Shown here in pieces: positions 62,278 to 64,000 of a stretch of DNA of 64,000 bases; the stretch's first letter is position 1; every line of letters starts with the position of its first letter. A program made the translations under genes and the position numbers. The DNA is from Ostrea edulis. Its lineage: Eukaryota. The stretch is taken from contig NC_079170.1 in the NCBI RefSeq assembly GCF_947568905.1, positions 14,322,001 through 14,386,000 of the forward strand, in the 5' to 3' direction. Under the pieces are notes generated by a model, which saw nothing but the letters and a program-made list of their open reading frames with translations, was not told the origin of the DNA and did not search any database.

Positions 62278-62690
62278 TGACAAATTTGACTGTGTTACTA
62301 GTTATTTATCCATGTACAATCTTTTGTGGACTAATTTGACTGTGTTACTAGTTATTTACTATCTATATACAATGTTTTGTTGACTAATTTAACTGAGTTA
62401 CTAATCATGTATCTATCTATCTATAATATTTTGTTGAATAACTTGACAGTGTTACTGGTTATCTATTTCTACACAATCTTTTGTGGACTAATTTGACTCT
62501 GTTACTAATAGTTATTTTTTATCTATCTCTATACAATCTTTTGAGGACTAATTTGACTCTGTTGCTAGTTATTTATCTGTCTTTATACATTTTTGTGGAC
62601 TAATTTGACTGTGTTACTAGATTATAGATAGCTACCTACATGTATGTACAATCTTTCTTTTTTGACCAATTTGATTGTGTTACCGGTTAT
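62278..62690. repeat. About 52-60-bp degenerate minisatellite, about 8 units
   Basis: Unit taatttgactgtgttactagttatttatc...tacaatcttttgtggac. Confidence 0.88.
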
Positions 62691-62710
62691 TTATATTTCT
62701 CATTACTTGA

Positions 62711-63880
62711 GAAATAAGATATAATTTTTTAGTGTTATAGGGATATGACATGAAGTTGGTCACGTGTTAAATCCTATAACGCTCGAAAGGGCGTTACACA
62801 TGTAGTAGATTTGATCACGTACCAACTTCATGTCATATCCCAATAACACTCAAAAATGACATTTTATTTCTTATATTTGTATTTTCAATTTTGATTTCTG
62901 TTCTTACCAAGATTCCATGATTATGTGGCAGGTGACCAAAATAACGATCGTACAACACAAAATATAGTTCGTTAGAGTTTTATCGAATAGATAATTAAGA
63001 ACAATATATAAGAGGATGTAAGATATAGATATCTAACTTATAAGGTTAAAAACGACGAAACAGGTGTTTAAAAAAAAAGAGTGATTCAGAACGTAAAGTC
63101 AACTGAATTGAAGACAAAAAGAGCGGAGTAAACTACATCCGTGATGAAAGTTGGTCGCCATCAGCGATAGAAAAACTGTAGCGTTGGTCTAGCCTACCTG
63201 AAGTTGAAAACGCAATTATTGAACACAGATTTTAACAGAAATGCAAAGGATCTTGCATAACTGATGGAGGATAGATGGTTCGAGTTAACGTTAGGCTTTT
63301 AGTCGGGTTTTGGAAGGAAACAACGGCATCTTCATCGTTAGGACTCATGGTTGTAGTCATGTAGAAGACACTCCGAGATAGCCTAGTAGGACAGATTTAG
63401 ACGAAGTGCTTCTGTTTTACCTTCAGGGTGTGTAAGAGAAAATTAAAACTGACAGAGTTTCTGTCCACTTGAGATATTTCTGTTGCATGATTTCAATGAA
63501 GACTCGCAGTGGTACCCTGCCATGAACATAAAATTTTGGGTCTCGAAACCAGCCACGCTTGTGATCATGCCGAGTTATAGCCGTGATGACAGTTGCCAGG
63601 AAACAACAGGTTGACTTGTCATCATCATAAAGTAAATATGCTTATAACTTTGTCTCTATTTTTTCTCTTCCAATATCAAAGTTATTTTATGAATTCGCCA
63701 TGTTGCAGAAGTTGTAGTTTAGGAAAAGTTGCAGTCTATATCTAAAACTGTTTGAAATGAAACAACAGAACGGTATGTTTAATGTTTCTGTTTTATAAGT
63801 TGATGAACTTCTTTGTCTGTTTACAAAATAAACGCTGTATAAATAAGGTATTGAGTTTGTTTCCGTTATGAAGACATTGA
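62711..63880 (-). mobile_element. Internally deleted Crypton-like element, same family as 18.5-21.5 kb; right boundary approximate
   Basis: The minus strand of 63640-62930 matches 19720-20340 (gctggtttcgag...tgagtcttcatt...; tcgataaaa.tctaacgaactatat). 63790-63830 matches 18690-18725. Terminal palindrome at 62711-62874. Confidence 0.8.
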
Positions 63881-64000
63881 AGAGGCGGATACAGGGTTTC
63901 CGAAAGGGGGCACATATTATCCAAAATACTCGGCCATTTTGGGTGGCAATCTGGAATTTTACTCGCACTATTTCTATTTTTGGGACTTGATTTTATCAAC

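Overview
AT-rich eukaryotic DNA, most likely from a bivalve (oyster-like; inferred from the gene families and repeat types). It contains two N-gaps and no prokaryotic features. Host genes: (1) a minus-strand cluster of candidate immune-recognition genes, mostly missed by the ORF track because they are spliced. All share a first exon (signal peptide + PAN/Apple-like domain; copies at 226-559, 8174-8513, 44212-44552 and a deleted copy near 51.8 kb). This exon precedes either an F-type lectin (FTP) module (2375-2594; 50198-50416 + 47108-47362) or a 4-exon apextrin C-terminal (ApeC) module (39618 to 35747). The cluster looks like a duplicated two-gene block with lesions in most copies. (2) A plus-strand tandem pair of single-coding-exon B-box/coiled-coil/NHL (TRIM-like, no RING) genes, one intact (56174-57907) and one disrupted (60053-61722). 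The rest is mostly mobile DNA: about 25 fragments of one Penelope-like (probably Naiad-type) retroelement; a Gmr1-like Gypsy LTR element with both LTRs, a tRNA-Pro PBS, a PPT and an ATAT TSD, nested in a Penelope-like RT; two Crypton-like tyrosine-recombinase elements with long terminal palindromes; tRNA-derived SINEs; several MITEs with clear TSDs; and mini/microsatellites. All alignments and exon boundaries were done by eye; no database searches were run.
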